Shown here one piece after another: positions 41,091 to 52,454 of a stretch of DNA of 64,000 nucleotides. A program made the translations under genes and the position numbers. This DNA is from Raillietiella orientalis (taxonomy: Eukaryota), in the NCBI GenBank assembly GCA_036172245.1, contig JAYWIR010000011.1:3162001-3226000 (forward strand), read 5' to 3'. Below the pieces are notes generated by a model that did not search any database, was not told the DNA's origin, and was given only the letters and a program-made list of their open reading frames with translations. Within the stretch, counting starts at the first letter, position 1. Every line of letters starts with the position of its first letter.

Positions 41091-42231
41091 CACCCGGTTA
41101 TGCCGGGCATTTATTACATAAAGCAATAAAAATACATCGGTGTGGTGGAACCGTTGGTTCTACCACGTCCATCGAACCTGCCGAAGAGTGGTGCGCAGAC
41201 CGGCGAGGTCCGCCTCGGCAGTGTAGGGGAGAAGAAATAAAAACAAAAAAACAGGGGAAGCGAAGTTTTTCACGGAAAGGGAGGGGGGAGGGAACCGAGG
41301 AAGGAATCGCAGTACGCTGCCAGGCGTCCCTGCATCCTGTTAGGGATGCTGGAAAGTTCTGTCCGTATAGCGGCCAGGTGAGGCCAGGTCTTCAGGAAGA
41401 TCAGCGCCCAGTAGCGTTTCTGTCATTTCGGCCTCTTCTCTTCCGTTCCAGGTCGCCGCGATCCCGCGAAGAAAGTAGAGGACTGAGAAGGACGCGACTA
41501 GCGGCAGTGTGGTACCACGCGCGAAGAGGAGTCTGAAAATGTCCCTGGTACTGCCCACCTGTGATCCTAGGATCGTCGCGTGGCGATCACAAAGGGACCG
41601 AATGGCAGCATAGTCCAACAGCAGGTGTGAGAGGGTCTCCTTCTTCCAGCACCTGTTGCAATCTGAGCGTCCATGCTCCCTCCCGTGTCCAGTGGTGAAG
41701 GCGCGCTTTGCACGGGATTCCCTCCATGGATTACCAGCAACTCCAACTCCTTCCGCTTGAGCCGGAAGGCGACGCTGTTCCAGCACGCTAGAGACCACTT
41801 CACCCCCACTGGAGGGATATCGAGCAGCTCTTTCCAGCGTACAAGTCCTTGGGGTTGGACACTCGGAGTCTCACCGTCCGTGACTTCCCGAGTTGCCCAC
41901 GCCCCCAGAAGTTTTGTCTTTGCTGCTATGCCGCAAGTCCACTTCCACCTTACCGATATGGCGCTGTTCACTGCATCCCTTAGGGTGGGCAGCACTGAAG
42001 GGAAAGGGGGATAGACTAGGCCCAATGCATCTTCTGCGGGCTGGGGACCACCTCCTCCGGCGAACTGAGAGCGAGGAGCCTTGCTGCAGGCAGCCACACC
42101 CCTCGTCGCTCGGGCTGAGATTCTTTTCCCCAGGCGAAGACCAACTTCTGGAGACATGCAGTGCAGTTTGCGGGGGAGCAGGAGACGCAGGTGTCCTCCT
42201 CCACGCCAGGGAGATCATCTCGAGGAGTTGG
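41091..42231 (-). mobile_element. 5'-truncated Tx1-like subfamily A element
   Basis: LLGAWATREVTDGETPSVQPQGLVRWKELLDIP and CNRCWKKETLSHLLLD. The 3' UTR has hairpins and ends AATAAATGCCCGGCATAACCGGGTG. Confidence 0.85.
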
Positions 42232-43096
42232 CCTAGAATGATGGAAATTCTTTGGCATCCTTCTGTTTTCGCTGCTTTCCTTCCAGATTTCCTTACTTTT
42301 TTTTTTCGGGTTTTCGCTTTTTTGGTTCTCCAAGTGCTGAAGAACCGCTCGCCTCCTTAGGGGGAAGGTCATGAAGCTCTTTAACTCTGCCTATGTCACC
42401 AGAGGGTGTGTGTAACTCCCCAAGTTATGGAATCATCCCGGAGGGACCACCCTACGAATCTAGGAAGGGCTCCAGAGGAAGGCGTCCATTCCCCTTATGC
42501 TTGGCATGGAAACCTCGCGCTTGTTGTCTCCGAAGGGAATCTCGAAGTTCCCAATGTTCTCTGGAGGTAGCCACGCTTTGTTTCTGCTCTGAAGGAACCC
42601 GGAAAGGATCCGCTCCTGAAATTCCTCTTACGGAGGGACCCTGCAGAAAGGATTGAAGAGTCTGCTCCTTGTTTCTTCCTCCTCTGAAGAGAACCCCGAA
42701 GGGATGCTTCCCAATTTCTCCGAAGGGCGCTCCCCGAAGGGAGTAGCGCCCTTCTGACCCTCTGAAGAGGTAACCCCCCAAGGCGAATAGCAACCAGCTC
42801 CATGGTACGCGATGGAGGGTTCCATTTTCACAACCGAAGGGGAACCCACTCCTTGATTTCTGGAAGGATCCCGCAGCATCAACTTCCAATTCCGGCCAGT
42901 CAACGGAGGCATCCGGTTTCCGGCTTCCACCAGTGCCTCACCCGAACCCGACCGAGGTCAACCAGTATCATCCCGAGGGGAGACTCCGAAGCCCAGGACG
43001 CGCCCATTTCTCTGGTGCCGATCCTCCACGTGGGAATTCGAACCTGCAACGCTTGGTTTACACTCGCGGAGACCGCAGTCGCACGGCTGCCAACGC
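42232..43096 (-). mobile_element. Long tRNA-headed SINE-like element
   Basis: Minus-strand head GCGTTGGCAGCCG..GCAGGTTCGAATTCC (B box). The body is colinear with 56900-57666 through to ATTTCCATCAT. Confidence 0.7.
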
Positions 43097-43099
43097 AGA

Positions 43100-43730
43100 T
43101 CAACGGAAGGTAGAGGAAAAATTTAAAAAAAACAAATAAATAAATATATGAATAAACTGAGGAGTTTGAGGACAGGAGTTACCAGCGACGGTCGTTCCTG
43201 CTTTCTAAGACCGAAGATGTATGCCGGCGATCTCCTTGGTTTCTTCTTCTAGATGAGACCACCGAGCATCCGTCTCCAGGTAGACGCCTGCCTTGTAGGT
43301 GATCTTCCTTCGCTACGCCCGAAACTCCAACAAATGGCGGGCTGTGATGGACGGCGGGGATGCAGCGTGTCATTGCAACCACGGCGCCTGCCGTGACCCC
43401 ACCTCTTGAGAAAAATCTCCGCAGCAATTCCTTGGCAATGTCCTCAGTATGCAGGAGTGCCTCCTCCAATGTTCCTGGAGGGCACTGCACTCCAGCAGTG
43501 GGTGCGGCAACGATCCAATGGACGTGCACCTTAAGCAGTTTGGGAGCGCAACTCCCCCGGAAACGAGACTCCTACACTGGCTACACTTGAGACCTCAGTG
43601 CAGAAACAGCAGGACATCCTGTTTCCACTTCGAGGGAGACGCGGAAGTGTATTCACGCGCTGGTGTAAGGGCAGCGAGTTCTTCGAAGGGCACATTTAAG
43701 AGCCCGTTAGAGGGAAGCCTTCCCTCAACA
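43100..43730 (-). mobile_element. Tx1-like subfamily B 3' fragment with truncated 3' UTR
   Basis: EDIAKELLRRFFSRGGVTAGAVVA matches QDTAREFMRRFFTPGGLSLGAVNA of the 7795-8808 copy. Confidence 0.75.
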
Positions 43731-44850
43731 CCGTAAAGTGCGTTACGGATAGACCACTAAACATGTCTTTGGAATCGGGGAAGAGGTTCGGTTGTTGCCA
43801 CTTTGCCCTCGTGGTGTCATACACCAGCGGCTCGCGGATAACCTCCTCTTAGGTCATCCTCATGGTGACACTAGTGAGTACCATCGAACGGTCCCGCATC
43901 ACAAGAAAGGGCTTCCCACAGTCAGTGAGTTCTTCAGCAATCGCCGAGCCACCGATACCTCTTCGCAGTCGCGTCCCAAGACGCTCCCTCCACTAAGGAC
44001 GCACGGACCGCCAGCCTTCTCCATACGTGCGGCTTCGAGGGGAAAAGACTTGCCCCACCTTGCTGCGCAGGCAAAGCCTGTGCCCGATCTCTTCGCCACT
44101 GATGCCAAGACAGCCTCTGGACGGCGAAGATGCCGCTCCCTGCTTTGTTAAACATCCTGTGGCGGATGCCTCGAGTGGCTTCTTTGCTATTTCCCTTCGG
44201 GAAAACCACTCTGCTCGCCGCTTCACTCAGTTTTGGGAACGAGGCGGAGAAGGAATCCGAGAAAAAATTTGGAAAATGACCTCCCCTTTCCTTCCCTTTT
44301 CAATTCCGAGCGGTTGCTGCCGCTGGGACGTGCCGCTGGCTTCTCCATCCGGCCTCCTCGTCCAAAGACCTACTCTCCATCACGGATATGGTCCGCAGGA
44401 CGGTTCTCCTTGAGCGATTCCAGGATCCTGCCGCTTTGCCGATGGCTCTAGGGGGGGATGGGCTACCTGCTTGGAAGAACGGGAAATCGCGAGGGTTCTC
44501 CTCCGCTTTTGAGTGGGGCGGCGCCCCGGAGGGAAGCGAATGAGGACAGGAAGTGCTCGGAGGCGCCGCCGCGGATGTTCCAGAGAAACCGGGCGATGTC
44601 GGCGGTGCGACTGGGCGACCGGCAGGGGTGCCACCACCAAGGCTTGCGTGATGGCGGGGACGGAGCGGAGGAGGAGGGAGGGAGAAATGGGGATGAACCG
44701 TTCCTTGCTGGATTTGGGGTCGTCCTGTCCCAGCAGCCCCATTTTGTAGAGAAGCGTCTCGTTCCCGAGAGAAAGTAGGAAAGGTTTTCCCCGTCCCAGA
44801 AAGTGGGACGAGTCCTCCTAGCGATCTCCTGCGTCAGCCCCGTCTCCTTC
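43730..44850 (-). mobile_element. Decayed LINE EN-to-RT remnant
   Basis: FLWNIRG (APE start) at ~44580, with EEVSVARRLLK..GSP and PIPK downstream. Confidence 0.5.
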
Positions 44851-46985
44851 AGAAAATGGCAGGCAAAATTCAGAGTGCAACGTGTGGAGAAAAATTTCAC
44901 AATCCAGAATGCATCTGCGACGGGACGTGGCTGCTTTGCGTGGAGTGAGAGATCCGCAGACGGACTGTGATGACGTTGAGATTTTTGCGATCGTTGAGGA
45001 TGGCTTACGTATAATGAGCACAAAACACCGCTTGACGTCTGGTGCACACCGAAAACAAAGCATGTCGTTCGTATCTACAAGTGATAACAGCATCGATTGT
45101 CACTGAAACGGACACTCCACTGACCTGTGTATCGCAAGATCTGTTGTGCTTCGCCAGTCGACGTGGGCAGTCGTCATTCTCCTTCCAAGCTGCGCCACGC
45201 AAAAGTGCGGAACTTTGAAAAACAATGCACACACGGGTGCACCACTGCACCCATGATTAAATTGGTCTGCCGCCCCCTTAAGAGGATTTTCCAGTCGCCG
45301 ATGCATGTTCCATCGTTCAATGTGTACTTCAGCGCAACCAGCATCCAATATGTAAATATGAAGCAGCTAGTGCTACGCTTTCAAATTTTCAGGCACGCGT
45401 AAATCCATGAAAAGTTTTGTCTGTTCCCGCAGTTCTCATATGCAACCACGAAAACTTTCACTGGCACGGTAGTATTGTGCCATATCCATAAAGGATGCTG
45501 CAGAAGCTACTCGAAATTTCACCTCTTACATTTTTTCACTTTTCTCTCGGAGAAAATGTGTTCACCTCTGCCTGGCGATGGTTTGTTTATTCTGTGGACA
45601 AAGTTCATTGAGCAACTTATCTCACCACGCAACGTTCACAGATAAACTTGAATGGAGTGGAATTGGAAAGCTCCAGAGCTATCCATGCCTCGAAAGCATT
45701 CATCCTTGATTCATTGCTGATATTCGCATTTTTCAACCATCGTCGATACTCACGACATTTTCAAAGAATGTTTCTTTTAATACAATCCACCTATTAGGGG
45801 GCGACTGGGAGCAAAAAACTTGTTTATGCGCACACGCACAGGAAAAAAAAAAAAAAAAAAATGCAACCGAAGAATTTGCGTTCTTTTCTGTATGTTTTGC
45901 GCTGACAGGCAAAAACACTGAATTTTCTTTCTCTCTTTGTTTCGTTCTTTGAATGCATATTTGTGTTTAACGATTCGTGTCCCCACTTTTAAACAATTTC
46001 CTGGTCCTGAATATTTCATTATCCATCACTTTCCAGTTTATATCCCTATCTCGGCAGTGTCTATTTTTCTGGGAAGAATAACCATCCACTAAAGCAAACA
46101 CATGTAGCTCAAGTACTTCAGTGTACATGCTTAACAAAGTGGATTACTGAATGTATATATCCAACGCGTACTTTTGCCGAGGACCATGCTGATCATGTGA
46201 TTTTTATTATCAACACGGAGATACATACGTCGAAGATACATAACCACACACACACCATTTTCAACGCTCAATGAGGATGCCCGTCCGTGTAAATTATCCT
46301 TGCGAATGTTTGGTTGTTTTTTCTCTAAGGCTTCAACGTGCTTCCTTGCGTTGAAGCTAACAGCAGCACGATGTACACATTAACATTCCTCTATCAGAGA
46401 TTTGTTTGACCCGATAAATTTATGTGGTGCATTCTTTTTTTTTTGTTTGTTTGCTTTGCCGCTGGGGAAGCAGCGTTCACAACCCATAAGCTACATTCCT
46501 AAACTTTTTGTGCTCCTACGAACGAACACTGGCAACTCTGATGGAACAACTCCGTGCAGTAAACACACTTGGCAGATTAGACAACAAGAGGAACAAAGGC
46601 TTGGCAACAATCGTCCTGCTGGTTGTTGGTTTGTGGGTCGGACCCAAGAAACCCAAACGTGACAAAGCATGCAGAGAGTTTACACTTTCTCCCCCTCCGT
46701 CGTCCTCCTCCTCCTCCTCCTCCTCCCTGAGTCACCCAGGTTTTGTGTACACAGCGATTGGACATGCGCGTGGATGCATGGGATCGTTTGACACAGGGCA
46801 AAGGAAAACACAGTCACTTCGCGGACAGGATTGCAGATGTCAACATGTTGAGTGTTCTCAACGGGACATTTGTACGGTGTGCAAGTAAACAAAGATGTTT
46901 TGGTGTACTTTGGATTTGGATGGTATTGTGTGAAGGTTTAATAGCTTTATTACATGAGTTGAGACTTTGATATCACACTACACTT

Positions 46986-49824
46986 ATGGCAGAAGATTTT
47001 GTTGCCGGGTGCGTCGGAGGTAAATAAACCCCATCAATAGCGACCATACTTGTTGAAGAAAAAATTTGTACGCCGTCCGACAAAACTGTAGCAAAAATAA
47101 GAAAAAAAAAAGGGAAAGCATAATGATTTTGCCTTGTGAAATTGTCTATTTCAGTGTGTCCGACTTGTTTGGTCTGCATTTGATTTTTCATGAATGTGTA
47201 TTTTTACAGTACATATTTTCCTAAATGCATAACTGATTTGCAATCGAGACTCTTTCTCAAAAGTTATTTCAGGAGATTTGGGTCTTAAATTATAATTATT
47301 CATGGAAAAATTAATAGAGGAACGTAGTAATTTCGTTAATTCGTATTGGTATATAGTAATTACGGTATTGCTATAGTACATGGCGGGATTAATGTAGAAT
47401 AATTATATTAACGGAATGAATAGAGTAATTATATTCTATTAAATTTCTCATGATTTTCTAGCTAATGAAAAGATTGTTTTCATAGAAGTAGGTAAAATTC
47501 ATTTACGTGAAGTTTTCTATTCCTCTCACTACAGCTTGTTTTAATCATTTTGCATGCTACTTTGAAGATGCTTTAGTGATTAGGCAAATTGTTAGCATTA
47601 GTATGGTGTATGCCATATACATCTCACCGTGTTTGTGTGTTCGTGTTCTGGAACAGTGAACGTTCGTTTATCGGGAAGCTTAATCCTTAAATTAATTGTT
47701 CAAGAAACTTCATTTATAACTTTTAAGTCATCGTGTTTTACGAATATCTACATTTATCATTGGGGATCATTCAAAAAAGTGAATTCCATTTAATGTATTA
47801 CTTTGCATTGTCTCATCAAGTGACTTTGCATTGTCTCTTCAAGTGTTATAGTTGAATTGTTCATCTTCATTGTCCTATGCACCATGTGCAGGGAAAACAA
47901 AATGCTGCTCACACATCATTAATTGCCATTATTATTTTTTTAACTTCATCATTTTTTTTACAGGTTTACATGGATGCTATCAATCTATTACTTTTTTATT
48001 CTATAAAAAAATAAGTTGATCAAAAGGAGTTTATCTTATCAAGATTTACTGAATATGGGAACTTTTTTTCTTTTAAAATTTTTGAATGTGAATGTGTATT
48101 GCAAAAAAAAAAAAAAAACTAAAACAAAAAAAACAATAAGTTATATGAATTCAAATTGTAGACTGTTGAATGTTCTTAGTAGAATAAATTCATCAGTTTG
48201 TCTTATCAGTCAAATGCTTGATAGGCAGACTCAAAATGGGCAATGTAGCATGGATATGGAATCTTGTAAACTTTCATTTTCTAGATTCAAGGTCCAATAG
48301 GTTTGTGTTTCTAATCTGTTTCTTCAACTTGCAACTTAAAATTTGTATGTAAGCTTTTCTGAGATTTGATGTGGTATAATTACAATGAACATGGTCATTC
48401 CTCTAAGGTTAAACAGTTATTCTGTTTCTGTTTTTTTTATTATTATATTATTTCTATTGAAATGCATCCCCTAATATCAATTATTCAATTGTTTGTTTGT
48501 TATTGAATTATACCTTTTCTCTTCATGAATTTAGGCTGTGCTGGTGTCTTAGTAGGTCATCCATTTGATACTATCAAGGTAAGAATGTTTTTCTGTTCAG
48601 CACTTACTAATAAATTGCTTAAAGGTGCGATTGCAAACAGATTGTAAGAATTCTAAATTCCGTGGTTCCATTCACTGCTTGATGTCCACTGTAGAAAAGG
48701 AATCGGTAAACTATATGATTATCTAGAAATGATATCCACAAATGAAGTAGATCAGGGCACTGTTCCAAGGAATGAGCTCTCCTTTGGCAGGAGTTGCTTT
48801 CATCAATGCAATTGTTTTTGGGGTATATGGCCATATGACTAAAGGATTATTTGCTTCCGAATCTTTGCCTTCCATTTTTGCAGCAGGAGCCGTAGCTGGA
48901 CTGACTCAGTCTTTTTTTTGCAGTCCCATGGAGTTGGTTAAACTGAGAATGCAGTTGCAGGTTAGTAAGTAGTGTATATAAAGTGATAATCTTTTTTTCT
49001 AGGGTGTGGGAGCTAGAAACGCTACACTTTATAAAAACCCTTTAGATTGCTTCTTGAAAACATATTCACAAAGTGGATTGAAAAAAGGTATATTTTGCGG
49101 ACTAACAGCCACTTTATTACGAGATATTCCTGGCTTTGGTATCTATTTCATGACTTATGAATTCTTGACTCGAATTGCATCCGATCCATTGTATCGGGTA
49201 TGGTTTCCACTCGTGGATAATGCATTATTTTTTGACTTTCTTTGGTAGATGAAGAATATTTATGTGCTACTGTGTGGTGGACTGAGTGGAATGCTATCTT
49301 GGGTTTTAACATATCCTCCCGATGTTGTTAAATCTCGTATGCAGGCCCATGGAGCACAGTACACTGGCCTCTTTGACTGTGTACAACAAACATACAGGGA
49401 AGGAGGCATGCGTATGTTTTTCACTGGGCTGATGCCAACATTGCTGCGGGCATTTCCAACAAATGCAGCTACATTCTTTGTGGCTACTTATGTTTTAAAG
49501 CTCTATAATGCCAGAAGATCGGAACCAGTAGATCTTATGCCTGATCATGAATACTTAGTTTCAGATCAGCTTCCCATGCTGATAGCTTACCCCTCAGGAG
49601 TTAGCTGTCTGCCTATAGTACAATTTAACAAATGGGTTATGCTGAAAAGAGAGCAGTCTTCATTGTCTCAGTTGTTATATTCCTCCTGGAAAGAAATCGA
49701 AAGTCGAGATGTCAAAAATAATCGAGCCATCCAAGATAATAAGCATTCTCTACATCTCTGTTTCCATGCTTACCATCATGATAGCTTTGGTTCTCATTTG
49801 CTACCCACTGGATATCACTACTGA
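46986..49824 (+). CDS. SLC25A29: Mitochondrial basic amino acid carrier (SLC25A29/SLC25A45-like); 6 exons, 379 aa
   Basis: Begins [30 protein letters not shown]. Has three PX[DE]XX[KR]X[KR] carrier motifs ([24 protein letters not shown]), plus RDIPGFGIYF and LLRAFPTNAATF. Introns: 47020-48534, 48579-48624, 48706-48750, 48961-49002, 49198-49248. The spliced length is 1140 nt and in frame. The exact paralog assignment is less certain than the family. Confidence 0.9.
47800..47845. repeat. Tandem duplication, 2 x 23 bp, in carrier intron 1
   Basis: ACTTTGCATTGTCTCATCAAGTG followed by ACTTTGCATTGTCTCTTCAAGTG (1 mismatch). Confidence 0.9.
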
Positions 49825-52080
49825 TTTTGCCAATAGACTAGATACTCTTTGTTTTTATTAAACAACTTTCTGGTCTGTAATCGAATTTACATTGGGAATA
49901 TACGAGAAAAAGAACTTCCTGTTAATATAGGTGTAGTGAATTTTTCCGCCAATAATTAAATATTAAGTATCTACCTCTATGGATGGATGAATGCAACCAT
50001 CCAAAATTTAAGATTAATGCTGCAGTTAAAAAATCATTGTAGAGATAGTAAATTATTCTTAATTATGGTTTAATGATTATAGAATTAGATTGCATCCAGA
50101 TCCAGAGCTACATGAATACAGAAATCCCAGTGTTTGAGATAATGATACTTTTTGCACTGTGCACATGTAAGCAAACTATAATAATTGGATTTCAATATGG
50201 TGAGTAAAGTTTTGGTTATTGTCTAATCACATAGGATTCTTTGCATTAAATGGTTAGAACGTTTTTAAAAGTCCAGATCGTCTTTCAACAAGCCCCCCCC
50301 CATCCAAATTCGCATTCCGGGTCACGTCAGCGATTTAATCTTTCACTCGTAAAGGCTCTGCTAACGGTACTCATCATTCGAAATATTCGGGTCTCAGCAG
50401 AGTTCAAAATCCAGACGTATCTTGTGCTTTAATTGTAAATTAGTTGCTTACGAATCTTTCGCGCACACAAGAGCTTAAAGCGTAAATTATTAAATAATTA
50501 AGTTTTCACAATTAAGGAAATGTGTGTCGATGTAAAATACTGGTGCAAGCATAACATTGCCTCCGTATTTAAAGTGGATGCAATGCTAAAAGGAGTACTG
50601 GGAGTTGAGATGATGCTTTGAAAATTACCAGTCCTTCAGGGCCCTGGTGGCAGCTCACACCACATTCAGTAATTTCGCTGTTGCAGCCGTGAGCTTCTTT
50701 CGGATTCTGTATTTTATTAGTAAAACCGTAGCGCCACCTCCGGTGAGAGAAACGGAAGAAATTTAATTTCCCAAGCGGTCCCTGTGCACTTTTTCACCCT
50801 TTGACAGGTTGGTTACAACCGACGGTTGTAAACTTTCTGACTAGATCTAGTCGATCAGAGTCCACAGGCGAAGAAAGAAAAGCATTTGTAGGATTCAGTT
50901 TTAGTGTAGGAGGAGTCTTCGTCGGAAAAATCGGTCTCGCATGTGTTCGAAGTGAATCGCAGGCTGTAATTCATTGCCAGCGACATTCTCGAACATATTC
51001 ATGGGATTTCATCCAGAGCCCCGGGGGCACAGTGCTGGTCCCTTTTTCGCCAACGCATCCTCATTGGGTTTTGCGAGTGCAAATTTTGCATTCAATTTCT
51101 TAATGGTCGGAACGATCGTTTCGCATTGTCAAATCGGATATGTATGAAGTTGACGATAACCGTGTTTTAATTTTTCAAATAGAAGCTTGGCAAATAAAAA
51201 CTAACCGAATAAAGTGTGTGTGTGTTTTTTTTCTTCAACTTCATACTTTGTACGTGGTAACTAAAACTTCATTGGAAACTTTGGTTGCTGGTTGTGGTAA
51301 CTCTCCGCCACCTCCCTGTTCTCTTCCTCTCGATGTAAGAATGGTAAAGGAACGAAAGGGTTCCATTTAAAATGAATAGAGGTAAGTATTTGGCAAGCAT
51401 TTTGTGATTAAGTAATTTCCACAGAATTCAAGCACGAAGATTTGTCCTGCAAACTGCTCCTCCGTAATTTCTTACACTGCTCACCCCGTCTGTATTCTCT
51501 GGAAGAGTTGCTGCAGAATAGCCCTTGGTAGTTTTTTTGACCGGGATGGGCTGCCTTCTTGGCGGTCTGTTTTGAATCTTAGGGTTCTTTCTCCTTTTCT
51601 TTTGTTTCAGTCGTTTGCATATTCTAGAAGACCACGAAACTGGAAAAAAGTGGTTCATTGCAGCACCACCGCAAGTAAATCTGGTGGTGTAGCGTTACGG
51701 CTGGAGCTAACGTTTCATAGAGTGCAAAGTTATCTACGTCTGCAGTATTGTTTTTTTTTTTTTTTTTTTGTAGACCGCTAGTAGGTACGATAGTCTCACT
51801 AGGCTGCAAACACATCCTTAAGGTGCACGATTATTTAAGTGAATGTCCGTTTTATTTTTTTTTTTCATCGAAAAGGTGGCTCGTTATACTCTCATGCGAA
51901 AGAGTAGAACATTTAAAAAGAGCCTTTTGAGAATGTAGAGTGGAAAAGACTGCACCATAATTTTCTGTTCAATCAAGTGCATCGGAAGTTTCGCGCCAAA
52001 CGAACGCTTCATGGCGCGCTTCTTTTGGAGGTGTCCAAAAGGAAATGACGGCTGATGTAATCTGGAAGAATTCGTGAGAG

Positions 52081-52454
52081 AGCACTCTCGCTTTCTTGCA
52101 CTCTCTGGAGAGGTGGGAACGCACCTGCTCCGTCAGCACGCACCGGAGGGGACTCCCCAGCGTGGGGGGTCCGTTCACCGTTGCACAACCGGAGGGGGAA
52201 CTCCCCACTCCTTGATTCCTGGAGGGACCCGAAGGTCGGCTCTCATTGCTCCGGGCTTCATCGGGGCCTCCGGTTCCAACCGCTACCGGTGCTGCGCCCC
52301 AATGTTTGTAGGCCAACCAGCGCCATCTTGCAGGAGGAACTCTGGACCCACGACGCACCGAGTCGATTCCTTCGGAGCATTCGAACACGTGACGCATGGT
52401 GCCACGTTCGGAAGCCGTAACCACAGAGCTTCCGACGCCCTGATTGATGCAGTC
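52081..52454 (-). mobile_element. Short (374 bp) tRNA-headed SINE-like copy with a 17-bp TSD
   Basis: GGAAGAATTCGTGAGAG at 52064-52080 and 52455-52471. Head reads GCGTCGGAAGCTCTGTGGTTA..GTGTTCGAATGC and is homologous to 56903-57235. Confidence 0.85.
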
